64,000 nt of DNA from Mobula birostris (Eukaryota). Made by a program: the position numbers and the translations under genes. The stretch lies in contig NC_092397.1 of assembly GCF_030028105.1 (NCBI RefSeq), positions 35,989,097 to 36,053,096 of the forward strand. The letters run 5' to 3'. Shown one piece after another: positions 12,835-25,300 of the stretch (the first letter of the stretch is position 1; each line of letters opens with the position of its first letter). The notes under the pieces were generated by a model. It ran no database searches. It saw only the letters and a program-made list of their open reading frames with translations, and was not told where the DNA came from.

Positions 12835-14560
12835 TGATTTCCAGAAGCCTGATTTCTAATGGGCAAGACTTCAAATGTATTTCTGATTTATCAAATCTAT
12901 GTGATGTTATATGTATCAGGAAACCTGATTTGTTACCACATTTAAGTTCTTCCTTCCAGTGTTATATTGTAATTAAGCGTGATAGATTAGTTGGTAGAGG
13001 AGGTGGTGTTGCAAGTTTTTTTTAAAGAGAGGGAGAGGGCATAGAGTTGTGGATGTAAATGAAATGTATGAGGCATTTGAAGACACATTTGATTCCACAG
13101 GTAGGGGCAATAAAGTGGTATATTATTATAACGTCGACTGTACCTCTTCCTAGAGATGCTGCCTGGCCTGCTGCGTTCACCAGCAACTTTTATGCGTGTT
13201 GCTTGAAATTCCAGCATCTGCAGATTTCCTCGTGTTTGTGTGTTATTATAACCATTGTGGAAAGCTCCCGATTGATTTGTTGGAGAGCATACGTAGCTCT
13301 AGCTCACTAAGCGTTGTATGGTGTGGGGATTTTAACACATAGTTAGTTCACTGTGGGGTTGTTCTCAGATTGGTGATATTTTGTTTATAGAAGAGTTTCA
13401 GATATTTCATATCCTGTTAGTCTTTATGGTGGGAGAGGTACAAGATTTAATGTTCATAATAGTTCTGAAAATGCTGTAAATTTAACTTTAGTTTTGAACA
13501 TTGGAGTGAGTAGTGGGATGTCATGGGAGATGAAGCATTGGAGAGTGATCGTTTCCCTATGTTTATAAGCTTGAGTTTGGATTTATATAGGGGGGCATGA
13601 GGCCACTTTTAGGAGGTGGAGCTCTGGTAAAGCAAATTGGGAGAAGTTTGAATGTTTTATGTGCTGAGTGTCTGGGCTGAATGGTGAGGATGATGTGGAT
13701 TTCTGCAAAGAAACGTTGTGACATTATTCATCAAATAGTGGTGGCAGAGATTCAATTTAAAAAGTGCAGTAGTGGGAGAAAAGCTGTACCGTGGTGGACG
13801 GAGGAGTGTGCAGAGGCAGTTACTGAGAGAAACGTGGCATTTCGGAAAGTTAAGTATCACTCTCCGCGTGATCATATTAAGTGTAACAGGTCACAGGCCG
13901 TGGTGAGGAAAGTAATGAAGCTTGTGAAAAAGATTTACTGGAGGTCATATTGTGAAAGTATTGGAAGGACTATTAAACTTGAAGATGTTTGGGGAATGAC
14001 TAAGAAAATGGGGGTGTGGGATTCATAGGGTTCTGAATATTGATTAAAGAAGGTAATACAATTGTTCCTGAAGGAGAGACGGTTGAGTCCTGGCTTGGTC
14101 ATTTGCTGCAATTCATAATTAAAATAGGTGGAGAGACTAAACAATGTAGCAATAAGGTTTTACAAGAATACCTTAATGTGTTGGAAACCAGCTGTAGCAA
14201 TGATAGTATTAGTGATGTAGAGTTTCTTTGTGTGAATTTAAGAAAGCTATTTATAGTACAGGTTAGACGGCTCCAGGAAAGGATGATACATGTTATTGCA
14301 TGTTTAAACATATGGTCAACAACTCTCTTGAGATAATATTACATTTTTAAAATCATAATTGGAGTTCAGGCCATCTTCTCTCCTCATGGAAAATGGCAAT
14401 TGTACTGTCTATTCTAAAACCTGGGAAACCCCTGATGGATCCTCCTAGTTATAGACCAATATCACTGACGTCCCATTTGTGTAAACTTACGGAATGGATG
14501 GTGATAGTGTGGTTGAATTGTATTTTGGAAAAGGGAGGTGATGTGCTGTTGTTAACAGAC
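12835..14560 (+). mobile_element. Decayed I/Nimb-like LINE ORF2 (endonuclease to RT start)
   Basis: RSLISNGQDFK..DVICI, RDR..GRGGGVA, AVPWWTEEC..A...RN.AFRK, LKPGKP..DPPSYRPISLTSHLCK; clade assignment is by motif recall. Confidence 0.7.
13133..13242 (+). mobile_element. Short Penelope-terminus insertion with 10-bp flanking duplication
   Basis: TTATTATAAC at both 13123-13132 and 13243-13252. Confidence 0.7.
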
Positions 14561-14719
14561 TGGATTAATTTGAGGGGCAAGTGCTGGTTCCACGCCACAT
14601 GTTTCAAAATCAGTCAATGATTTTATGCAGAAAACTCAGCAGCTACTTGAACACAGCAAGCTTCCACAAACAGTGTACTCAATGGAGACGTCAATCCATG
14701 GCCTCGTATACTGTCGCAA

Positions 14720-15215
14720 TGAGGCCACACTCAGGTAGGAGGAACAACACCTTGTATTCTATCTGGGCAGCCTCCAATCTGATGGCATGAACAGCGACTT
14801 CTTGATCTTCCAGTCATGCCTCCCCTCGCTCATCATTCCCAATCCCCCTTTCCCTCTCATTGCCTGCCCATCGCCTCCCTCTGGTGTTCCTCCCCCCTTT
14901 TCTTTCATCCACGGCCTTCTGTTCTCTCCTGTCAGATTCCCCCTTCTCCAGCCCTGTATCTCTTTCACCAAACAACTTCCCAGCTCTTTACTTCATCCTT
15001 CCCCCTCCCAGTTCCACCTGTCACTTTGTGTTTCTCTCTCCCCTCCCCACCTTTAAAATTTACTCCTCATTGTTTTTTCTCCAGTCCTGCTGAAGAATCT
15101 CGGCCCAAAACGTCAGCTGTACTTTTATCCACAGATGGTGCCTGGCCTGCAGAGTTTCTCCAGCATGTTGTGTGTGTTCCTTGGATTTCCAGCATCTGCA
15201 GATTTTCTCCTGTTT
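14720..15215 (+). mobile_element. Penelope-like element 3' end with terminal repeat and hammerhead relic
   Basis: EEQHLVFYLGSLQSDGMNSDF (PLE C-terminus), pyrimidine-rich tract, then CAGTC-CTGCTGA...cgtcagctg at 15082-15119. Confidence 0.7.
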
Positions 15216-16264
15216 ATTACACAATGTCAACAAGCATTTTGTATGACAACTGTCACAGTCCCACTCATTTAGAAATGCGGATATGAAACTCGAGGTTCAG
15301 CAGATGCTGGGAATAAACTCTGAAGTGACACACACAAAGTACTGCGGGAACTCAGCAGGTCAGGCAGCAGCTGAACAGAGGAATAAACAGTCTAGATAGG
15401 ATGAAGTGTCTTGGCCCATAATATCAACTATTTATTTGTCTGCACAGATGCCGCTGGGGGGCACTGAGTCCCTCCAGTATTTTGCAAACATAAACCTCTT
15501 TTTTCAGTCAATCAGTTTCCAAAAGTTGCTGAACTTCCATTTGCAGCCTCATCCTCCTGGTCTGATTCCCTCCTACTCTACGTAAACTCGAGCCTCCATC
15601 ACATCTGGAGCTCCAAAGCCCTCATTTGTGCTGACCCCTCTTGTTTCTGCTCCACCATTCTGCTGTCGTACTTTAGAGGAGAGTGTTGTATTGCAACAGC
15701 CCAGCAATGTGAGGCACAGCCCTTCGAAATCAGTGAAAATGACACAAAACAATGAATAGAGCGGGACAGGAAGATTTTAACAACACAAGATTTCAGCCTT
15801 GGTCCAGAGCTGTGAGGGATGAGGAATATTTGGGAGAAAACCACAGTAAATTAATCCTCTGCAGTTTACAGAAAGTCGTGGAGTGAATTCAAGGTAAACC
15901 TCTTCATCGCCAGACCGGTGACCAGTTACATCCTGAACATTATAGGGTGAGTTAGTGGTGAACGGCAGGGATGGGGTTGAAAGCTCTGGTGTGCAATAGG
16001 AACACAAGCAGGTAGCAGCTGGACTGAGTGGCCTCTCGACTGTTCATTATCGGTGTGACAGGGAGGAAGCACCTGAGATACAGGATTTGAAATGGAATTG
16101 ATGTATTTGTCTATGACAGATCCACAATATTAAACATCAGTGTATTTTAAGATGGTGGGATGAACCCCCTCAATGCTCAGTAACCAGGGTTCAGTCCTGG
16201 GTCTGATGAGCAGCCACAAGATCTGTGGAATCTGACATTAACAGTCCCATATACAGCTTATTAT

Positions 16265-16848
16265 AACTTCCTCCCTGATGTGAAGTTGCTGGTGTTTCAG
16301 CAGGTGGGATGACTTGAGTAAATTTCTTTGCTGACTCAGGACAGAAGTGTGTCCTCTATGAATTGTAAACTCACTGGAGCCTCACACGGTGGGTGAACTG
16401 AATGAATCTCCTCCCACACTTGGAACAGGTGTGAAGCTATACTGAGAGACAGAGACAACAGAGCCAAGTCTAGCTGCTCACCGGTGTGAACTGGCTGGTG
16501 TTGTAATAGCTCATGTGACTGAATGAATCCCGTCCGCCATGGAGCAGGTGAATGGCCTCTCCCCGTGTGAACTTGCTGGTGTATCTGCAGGTGCAGTGGC
16601 CTGGTGAATCCCTTCCAAAATGAGAGGCGGTGAACGCCAACTCACTGGTATCAACTCTATGGCCATTTATCAGGTCAGTCCATGGACAAGTCCACGTATT
16701 GGGACTCTGGTGTGCTGTCTTCTCAACCATCTCCCCCTTCATATTCAGTGATTGGTAGCATTCAAATGCTGGGGAACTGACTGACACAACAGAAGTGACA
16801 TGCTGTTGCATTTGAGATTCTCAGACAGAAATTCTTTGCCTTTTCTGC
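16265..16848 (-). pseudogene. C2H2 zinc-finger pseudogene exon
   Basis: Acceptor ttttacag| at 16850-16849. Decayed fingers on the minus strand: HQQVHTG(frameshift)ERPFTCS, TCSKCGRRFIQFTH, KKFTQ(frameshift)SSHLLKHQQLH; stops and frameshifts present. Confidence 0.85.
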
Positions 16849-18134
16849 CTGTAAAATGTTTGCAAAGATGATCAACAGGTGAAAGAGAATATATCTCAGC
16901 TGAGATTATTTTAGTTTTCATGTTGATGTCTGATGTCACACTGTTACAGTGAGCCTGAACACTGTCTGGAGGAACAACACTTCTAACTGGGCATAGTTCA
17001 GGCATAAGGACACAACATCAAATTCTCTGTTTTCCTCTCTGCCCATCAAGCTGTGACTTGGCTCAGTGTGTCTCTCTCCATTACTATAGCTTCACAGTCT
17101 GGGTATCTCCCACAGACCTACTAAGCACACAATACAAACAGAGCTGCTTTGTGAGAGTTTCTGCTGATTGTGACCCTGCTGGCATTCGACGGCAGTAAAT
17201 TCAGAGTCAGCAATGCCATTAACCCTCAAGAGAATGTGATCAGGTTTTCTTGGTGCAGATTGACACTGTGGTATTCTTGCAGTGTGAAGGCTTTTACAAA
17301 TAAAATGGCATGAGGCATTTTCTGTTTCAGGAAAACCATAACAACTCATTTATTGTCCTCCAAATACAGAAACATAAAGCACAGTTTAAAAAAAAACTTC
17401 ACATACTTACATCATAACAGCAGTCCAGCTTCGAAAAGAGAAACACAACAGAATGTCAGTGGTCATTAATTACGCACATTTCCAGCCATGACATTACCCT
17501 ACAGCGACCCCACCCCCCACTGGATCCTCTTACTGCTCCCCCTCTGTGATCTTTAGAGTAGTTTACTTCCTTTTAGTGACACTTGCAAGATAATACAGAG
17601 AAACACATAAAGTTCTCTCGTGTATTAGTGCTCCTAAGGGTGCTGCCATTTACTGTGGAGTTTCTTACGACATTTTACCTGTAAAACTCCTCACACTTGT
17701 CCAGATTAAAATCCATTTCCCCCATTTCTCCATCCATGATTCCAATTGATCTATATCCACTTCTGTCCATTTGACAACCTTCCTCGCCACCCACAACTGC
17801 ACCAATATTCATGTCATCAGCGATCTGATCAGCCCATGTGTGTTTTAATCTGATCAAACAAAGGTCCCATCACTGATCACTGTGGACACACTGGTTACAT
17901 ATCTACAGTCAAAATCATTCTCAATTCCATCAGTTCAAATGTTGCTACACAATACACACCATTCAAACCCTCCCACACCGAGACTCGAGGAAAGTTACAC
18001 ATTTATCACAAGACCAGAGTTGGATTCAATGGTCTGGACTTGTTGCTCTGGATGCTCTGCTCCAAAGTCCATTCAGATTAGTACAACGTAACCAGATACA
18101 TCATCCCTGATATACCGATGTACAGCATTGTGTC

Positions 18135-18565
18135 ACAAACAGGAGAAAATCTACAGTTGCTGGAAATCCAAGCCACACACACAAATGCTGAACAAACTCA
18201 GCGGGTCAGGCAGCATCTATAGGAAAAAAACACAGCCACTGTTTTGGGACAAAACCCTTCGGCAGGACTTAGGAGAAAATCTGAGGAGTAGATTTAAAAG
18301 GTGGGGAAGGGGAGAGAGAAAATAAGGTGAGTGTGAAACGTGTAGGGGGCTGGAAAGTTGATTAGTGAAAGAGACAGGAGGCCATGGAAGAAAGAAAAGG
18401 GGGGAGGAGCACCAGAGGGAGATGGTGGGTGGGCAAGATGATGGGAAATGGTGAAGGGGGGGGGGGGTGGGAGGCATTACCAGAAATGCGAGAGTTCGAT
18501 GTTCATGCTGTCAGGTTGGAAGCCACCCATAAGGTGTTGTACCTCCAACAAATGTGTGGCCACAT
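18135..18565 (-). mobile_element. Penelope-like element 3' end
   Basis: Reverse-complement counterpart of the 14720-15215 type sequence. Confidence 0.6.
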
Positions 18566-18686
18566 CGCATTGTGTGATATTGTTTAAAAAGCTAAAAAGA
18601 ATTCAATTGTGAGGATGAATCTGAAAGAAGTTTCTACATTTACATTGCATGAGAGACTGGGAGACACAGTGCCAAGTACCAACTCC

Positions 18687-19313
18687 CACACTGTACCGGA
18701 AACTGACAGGTACAGAATGAACCTCACACTGTACCGGAAACTGACAGGTAGAGAATGAACCCCACACTCTCACACTGTACCAGAGACTGACGGGTACAGA
18801 ATGAACCCCACACTCTCACACTGTACCAGAGACTGACGGGTACAGAATGAACCCCACACTCTCACACTGTACCAGAGACTGACGGTGACAGAATGAACCC
18901 CACACTCTCACACTGTACCAAAGACTGACGGGTACAGAATGAACCCCACACTCTCACACTGTACCAGAGACTGACGGGTACAGAATTAACCCCACACTCT
19001 CACACTGTACCAGAGACTGACGGGTACAGAATGAACCCCACACTCTCATACTGTACCAGAGACTGACGGGTACAGAATGAACCCCACACTCCCACACTGT
19101 ACCAGAGACTGACGGGTACAGAATGAACCCCACACTCTCATACTGTACCAGAGACTGACGGGTACAGAATGAACCCCACACTCTCACACTGTACCAGAGA
19201 CTGACGGGTACAGAATGAACCCCACACTCTCATACTACCAGAGACTGACAGGTACAGAATGAACCCCACACTCTCACACTGTACCAGAGACTGACAGGTA
19301 CAGAATGAACCCT
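18687..19313. repeat. 46-bp minisatellite, about 14 copies
   Basis: Unit CACACTGTACCAGAGACTGACGGGTACAGAATGAACCCCACACTCT; period 46 (e.g. 18781 to 18827). Confidence 0.97.
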
Positions 19314-19909
19314 GTACGTAATGTACAGACATTACGTACTTTAACAAACCCGAACAACGCTCCTCCCCACCTCAAGACAGCACCACTTTGATCAATTTAC
19401 ACTACAATGGACTGTCTTGAGATAATTCAAATTCTCTGCAACACACATCAAAGTTGCTGGTGAATGCAGCAGGCCAGGCAGCATCTCTGGGAAAGAGGTA
19501 CAGTCGACGTTTTGGGCCGAGACCCTTCGTCAGGACTAACTGCTAATTATCTTCTCTTTTTACAATTCTGTACAGCAGTTTAGTTCTTGTGAGCACTGTA
19601 TCGTGGATACTATGTGTTTATGATGCTGCTGCAGTAAATTTATCTTTCACCCGGTCCATTTGACCTTCGGTCTCCTGCTGTCCTGTTTCATTACATAAAC
19701 GTTTCATATTATCAACTGTGTGTTTTTCTTATTCCATCTGCTTTTCTAGCAGATACGACGGGCCGAATGACCGAATACTGCCGCTGTAGTTGGTCCATTT
19801 TGTATTTTAGATTTCCTTCCTGCGGAATTAACCGCAGCGGCAACTCACCATATCGGTGACAGTTCCAGTCCACGGTGTTACCCAAAACGAACACTGGGTA
19901 GTGCAGAAC

Positions 19910-20101
19910 GAGTTCTGATTGGTTGAATGAATTCCTTTAGCTATCCAATCAAATTATCTTACTGCATGGACGTTACTTCAAATAGCCATTGAGAAACCTA
20001 GGCATCCCATCCCTCATTAGCATACACCTCTGGGCGCTGCCTATTTAATTCGTGCTCCGAGCCCGTTTTGCTTATTTGTGGGTCTGTAGCGGTCAGCGGA
20101 A
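19910..20101 (+). promoter_or_regulatory. H2B promoter (copy 2)
   Basis: ATTGG ~19918, CCAAT ~19945, octamer variant CTCATTAGCAT ~20012-20023, TATTTAA ~20042-20048. Confidence 0.75.
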
Positions 20102-20476
20102 ATGCCTGAGACAGCGAAACCCGCTCCGAAGAAGGGCGCCAAGAAAACTCTGCCCAAACCAGCAGGTAAGGCAGGGAAGAAGCGCAAGAGGCTGAGGAAG
20201 GAGAGTTACTCTATCTACATCTACAAAGTGATGAAGCAGGTTCACCCCGATACTGGCATCTCCTCTAAGGCCATGAGCATCATGAACTCATTCGTCAACG
20301 ACATCTTCGAGCGCATCGGGGGCGAGGCTTCCCGCCTGGCCCATTACAACAAGCGGTCAACCATCACCTCACGGGAGATCCAGACCGCTGTGCGCCTGCT
20401 GCTGCCCGGGGAGCTGGCCAAGCACGCCGTTTCCGAAGGGACAAAGGCGGTGACCAAGTACACCAGCTCCAAGTAA
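20102..20476 (+). CDS. H2B: Histone H2B (copy 2), 124 aa
   Basis: Complete H2B ORF with 3' stem-loop. Confidence 0.98.
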   Translation: MPETAKPAPKKGAKKTLPKPAGKAGKKRKRLRKESYSIYIYKVMKQVHPDTGISSKAMSIMNSFVNDIFERIGGEASRLAHYNKRSTITSREIQTAVRLLLPGELAKHAVSEGTKAVTKYTSSK

Positions 20477-20507
20477 AGCTCCCCAGTGAGATGATCGAAA
20501 ACACAAC

Positions 20508-20549
20508 GGCTCTTTTAAGAGCCATTCACGATTTCACTGAGAGAGTTGT
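20508..20549 (+). terminator. Histone 3' stem-loop and HDE (H2B copy 2)
   Basis: GGCTCT-TTTA-AGAGCC at 20508-20523; GAGAGAGTTGT at ~20539-20549. Confidence 0.95.
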
Positions 20550-21069
20550 ACTGGCATTTAGGCAATACATGGCGCACGTTTTATGTGTGGTGACTTTTAC
20601 AGGAGCTAAAGAGCGGTTGGAATATCCGCTTCATCTTCCCCCTATAATCCTGGTGTTTAACATTCCTCCCACTCCCGTTGCTGTTTTAGCTGTGGGTTCA
20701 GGAGTTTATTAGTTGGAGTTAGGTAACTTCTCTGAATCTCATTTTAATTCGAGGCCGGAACGACTTCACGGTTCTTTCATACAACAGTTTTTTTTAAAAA
20801 AAAATTGCAGACTAGCCGCTGGTCACAGTTTGAGAAGAGCCGTTTGTCCATAACCTGCTAACGTTTACACAATGGCCGGCACCGGGCAGAAGCTGAGTGT
20901 CAGATTTACTCGGTTCTTTTACGAGTTGAAAGAAATTTGAGTGCCCAGACACTCCATTATCAACTACACTTACATTAAATGTGCCCGGTTTCAGTAACGG
21001 GGAAATACGAAGACCCAGTCCTCAAACAGATCAGCAATGATTTAATTTCAGATTACATTTGAACAATGA

Positions 21070-21713
<644 letters not shown>

Positions 21714-21743
21714 GGCGACGTAAGCTGGACCTATTTATCCAAA

Positions 21744-21785
21744 GGCTCTTTTCAGAGCCACTCACAGTGTCTGTGGAAGGGCTGA
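21744..21785 (+). terminator. Histone 3' stem-loop and HDE (H2A)
   Basis: GGCTCT-TTTC-AGAGCC at 21744-21759; GGAAGGGCTG at ~21775-21784. Confidence 0.95.
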
Positions 21786-22304
21786 ACAGCGGGTGATTGC
21801 CGTTCGTAGTAACTCGGCTGTGTATCTGACACGGCCCCGATCGGAGGCATCCCTGGTAACGTTTTCTCTCCTTCCGTCGTGTTTCTTCCGCGAATTAAAC
21901 CGGTATAAGTCTGCACAGTACGCGGTCCGCTTCGCCCTGACTCATTTCCCCTCTCTGCTGGCTGAATGGAGCTCTCTCCCCTTGCGGGGTGGGGAAATGA
22001 ACTTTCAGAGTCAGCCCCCGGAGGGTGAATTTAATCTCCAATCATTGAACGATTCTGGTCTTCATGACCTGAAACCGCGTTGTCTGGGTTTCACATTGCG
22101 GGTTGACCCTGGACCGTTCCGCTGATCGCTTCATGAGCAATTCCCATCGCTTCACAGAACAATATTGATTTGCAGCTTTACATTTATCTACAAAAGTACA
22201 TTTACCATATGGAACTGACAGTATTTACTGAAAATCTCGTCCGCCTGGGTCTCTGAAATATAAATGAACATTTGCAAAGAAAGGGTCAGTTTGGTCAGAT
22301 CTCC

Positions 22305-22380
22305 CGAGACACGGCTCCCTCTGTGAGGCGGTGGGTCGCTCTGATACAGACTTTTGTTTGTGCCAGGAAGAAAAGGGAGG
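22305..22380 (-). pseudogene. Decayed orphan H4 3' UTR/stem-loop/HDE
   Basis: Aligns with ~33820-33895 and shares TCTGTGAGGCGGTGGGT exactly; hairpin destroyed; no H4 CDS adjacent. Confidence 0.8.
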
Positions 22381-22399
22381 GAGTGGGTGGATCGACAAG

Positions 22400-25300
22400 G
22401 AGGTTCAGTGCTGTCCTGTCTCTAGTAGGAACTTCTAAATACTGATTGATAAAACTGGACGCACAGAATAAATTCTGCGCCACCAACCCTTTTGCAGTGC
22501 GGCGGTCCCAGTATACATGATGCGGCAACCCCCAGGGATGTCTTCTCTAAGTACCACTGAGATGTTCTCTCTGGTCAAACACATCTCCGCCTTCTCTTCT
22601 CTCCCCTCCACTCCATCGTACCTGTAGCATTTGTACTGTGAAACTGAGCTGCCGGTCCTGCCCCTCCGACAACCATTTTTGTGTTGGGGATATAATATCC
22701 CAGTCTCCTGCACGGATCCATGCCCAGAGGCCATCTGCTGTTCAAAGAACAAAGGACAGTACAGGAGTGGCCCTTTGGCCCTTCTCTACATATTCTTGTG
22801 ACTGTCTAAGATTTCCTTAAATACTCCTGTGCTCTCTGCCTCTGCCACCACCCCTGGCAGTGCATTCCATGTCTCCATCAATCTGTTGTCTTCACTTTCT
22901 TCCTCTGAGCTTAAATACATGCCTTCTGTGAAAAATATTACTGGCTGTCTACACCAACCATGACCACAAAATTCCACAGGTATCTATCAAATCTCTCCTG
23001 AGCCGACGCCACTCCAGAAGCAAAAAGTTTCAGCATGTCGAGCCTCTCCTCAGTGCACACCTCCTCCAGACATCCTGCTCCAAACCCTCCACATGCTTCC
23101 TATATTGAGGTGATCAGAACTGAACACGATACTCTCAATGTGGCCTAACCAGCATTTTATAAACCTGTAACATCATGTCCTGGGGCTTGAACTCAGTGCC
23201 TTGCCTGATGAAGGTAAACATACCATACACCAACTTTACCTCCCTGTCAACCTGTGCTCCCAGTTTTAGGGAGCCAATATCTCTGAACCTCGACATCCTT
23301 CTCTTTGTTAATACTGTTAATGTTCCTGCCATTAACTGTGTACACACCCTTGATGTTGGATCTCCCAAAGTGCAGCCCTAGGTATCCTTTTCACCACAAC
23401 GAATGTATGGAATGCAATGGGATTATCTTCAATCCTACTTGCCGGAGATTTTTCATCAGTGTTTCCAGCTCTCCGAATGTTCTTGAGTTCCCCTATTTTT
23501 TAAATATAGTCCTCAAACACCCTGTTTGATTCTAGCTTCCTAAGCCTTACTTATGCTTCTTCCTCCTCCTTGATTAAATTAACTTCCTGTCTCATCATCC
23601 AAGGTTCCTGAACCTTGCCATCCTTGACCCTCCCTCTTACTGGAAAAAACTGGCCCTGAAACACTGCACTGGTCTTTAAACAAACTCCAGGTCAGATGTG
23701 GATTTGCCTCAAAATCCATCATTACATATTGCTGTGCCTGGCATCTAACTCAGCTTCAATCTCTCCGTTCAGTGACTGGTGTTCTGTTTCACATCCCCCT
23801 GTCAATCTCGTTTCAACCCTCATAGGGAGCAGCAATGAACCTCATGATCCTGACTGCCCTCCAGTGAAACTGCAAACCATCCCTCTTGTAAATGTCACCC
23901 CAGCACCAGAAGAGGTTCCAATGTTCCGTAATCCTGAAACCCTGTCCCTGTATCAGCTCCTTAGCCACACATTCATCAGCTCTCACTTTCTGTTTGTATC
24001 CCTACCACCACAGGGCACTAGGAGTAAACTGGAGATTACAACATTTCAGGTTCTGCTCCATAACTTCTTCCCTAACTCCCTGTGGGACATCATCCCTTTT
24101 CTACCTGTCCATTGGTACTGATGTGAATCACCATCTCTGGCTGAATGAACACCATCCCCCTGTTCTGTATCTGCTCCGAGATGTCCCTGACTCTCAGAGT
24201 ATTTACAACTTTTAAAACCAACAAAAAAAGTCATGAAGAGAGGGAAAAGTTGGAATACAAAGGTAAGCTAGCCACTGGTATTAAAGAGGATACCAAAAGT
24301 TTCTTCAGATATACAAAGTGTAAAAGAGAGGCAAAAGTAGATATTGGTTCATTGGAAGATGTTACTGGAGAGGTAGTAATGGGGTACAGGAAAATGGCAG
24401 ACAAACTGAATAAGTATTGTGCATCAGTCTTCACTGGGGACGATATTAGCAGTCTGCTGGAAATTCAAGAGAATCAGGGGGCAGAAATGAGTGATTTTGC
24501 CTTTACTAGGGAGATGGTCCTTGAGAAACTGAAAGGTCTGAAGGTAGAGAATTCACTTGGACCAGATTATCTACACCAGTTCTATGAAAGATGTGGCTGA
24601 AGAGATTGTGGCAGTTTTAGTAATAATCTTCCCATAATCTCTGGATTCTGGTGTGGTTCCACAGAACAGGAAAATTGCAAAGGTCATCCACTCTTAAAGA
24701 AGAGAGGAAAGCAGAAGAAAGCAAATCATAGGCCAGCTAGTCTGATCTCAATGGTTGGGAAGATGATGGAGTCAATTGTCAAGGATGTATTTTCGGGTAC
24801 TTGGCAACACATGAAAAAATAGGCCAAAGTCAGCATGGTTTCCTTTAATCAGTCCTCACCGAAGACTTGTGTATCTGCAACACTTCTTCCCAACTCTTGT
24901 ACTCAGTGACATGAATGATGAAAGCCAGCAGATCAAACCCCATCTTCACCACCGTATCTAGCTGAGACGTCACTTTCAGTGAATTACACATTCACATGGA
25001 CATTATTTATATAAATTGCAAACAACAAAGGTCCTGTCACCCAGTGGCACACCACTAGACAGACAGCTCCAGTCTGAGACACAACCCTCAACCATCAGCC
25101 TCTGCCTCCTGTCACGGAGGCAATTATGGAATCAATCAACTATCTCCCCAGATTCCAGTTTCTAGATCTAACCTTCCAGACTATAGTCAAAGGCCTGGCT
25201 AATGTCCATATAGACAACATCCACAGCCCTAACCTCATCTACGTCCTTGTGAAACCCCTCAAAGGGCTGCAAGAAATTACCAGACATAATTTTCCTTGCA

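Noticed and set aside
18687-19313. CRISPR-like array of palindromic repeats, and the repetitive ORFs 18954..19347
   Set aside because: Units are contiguous with no unique spacers, there are no cas genes, and the context is eukaryotic; the ORFs are by-products of the repeat
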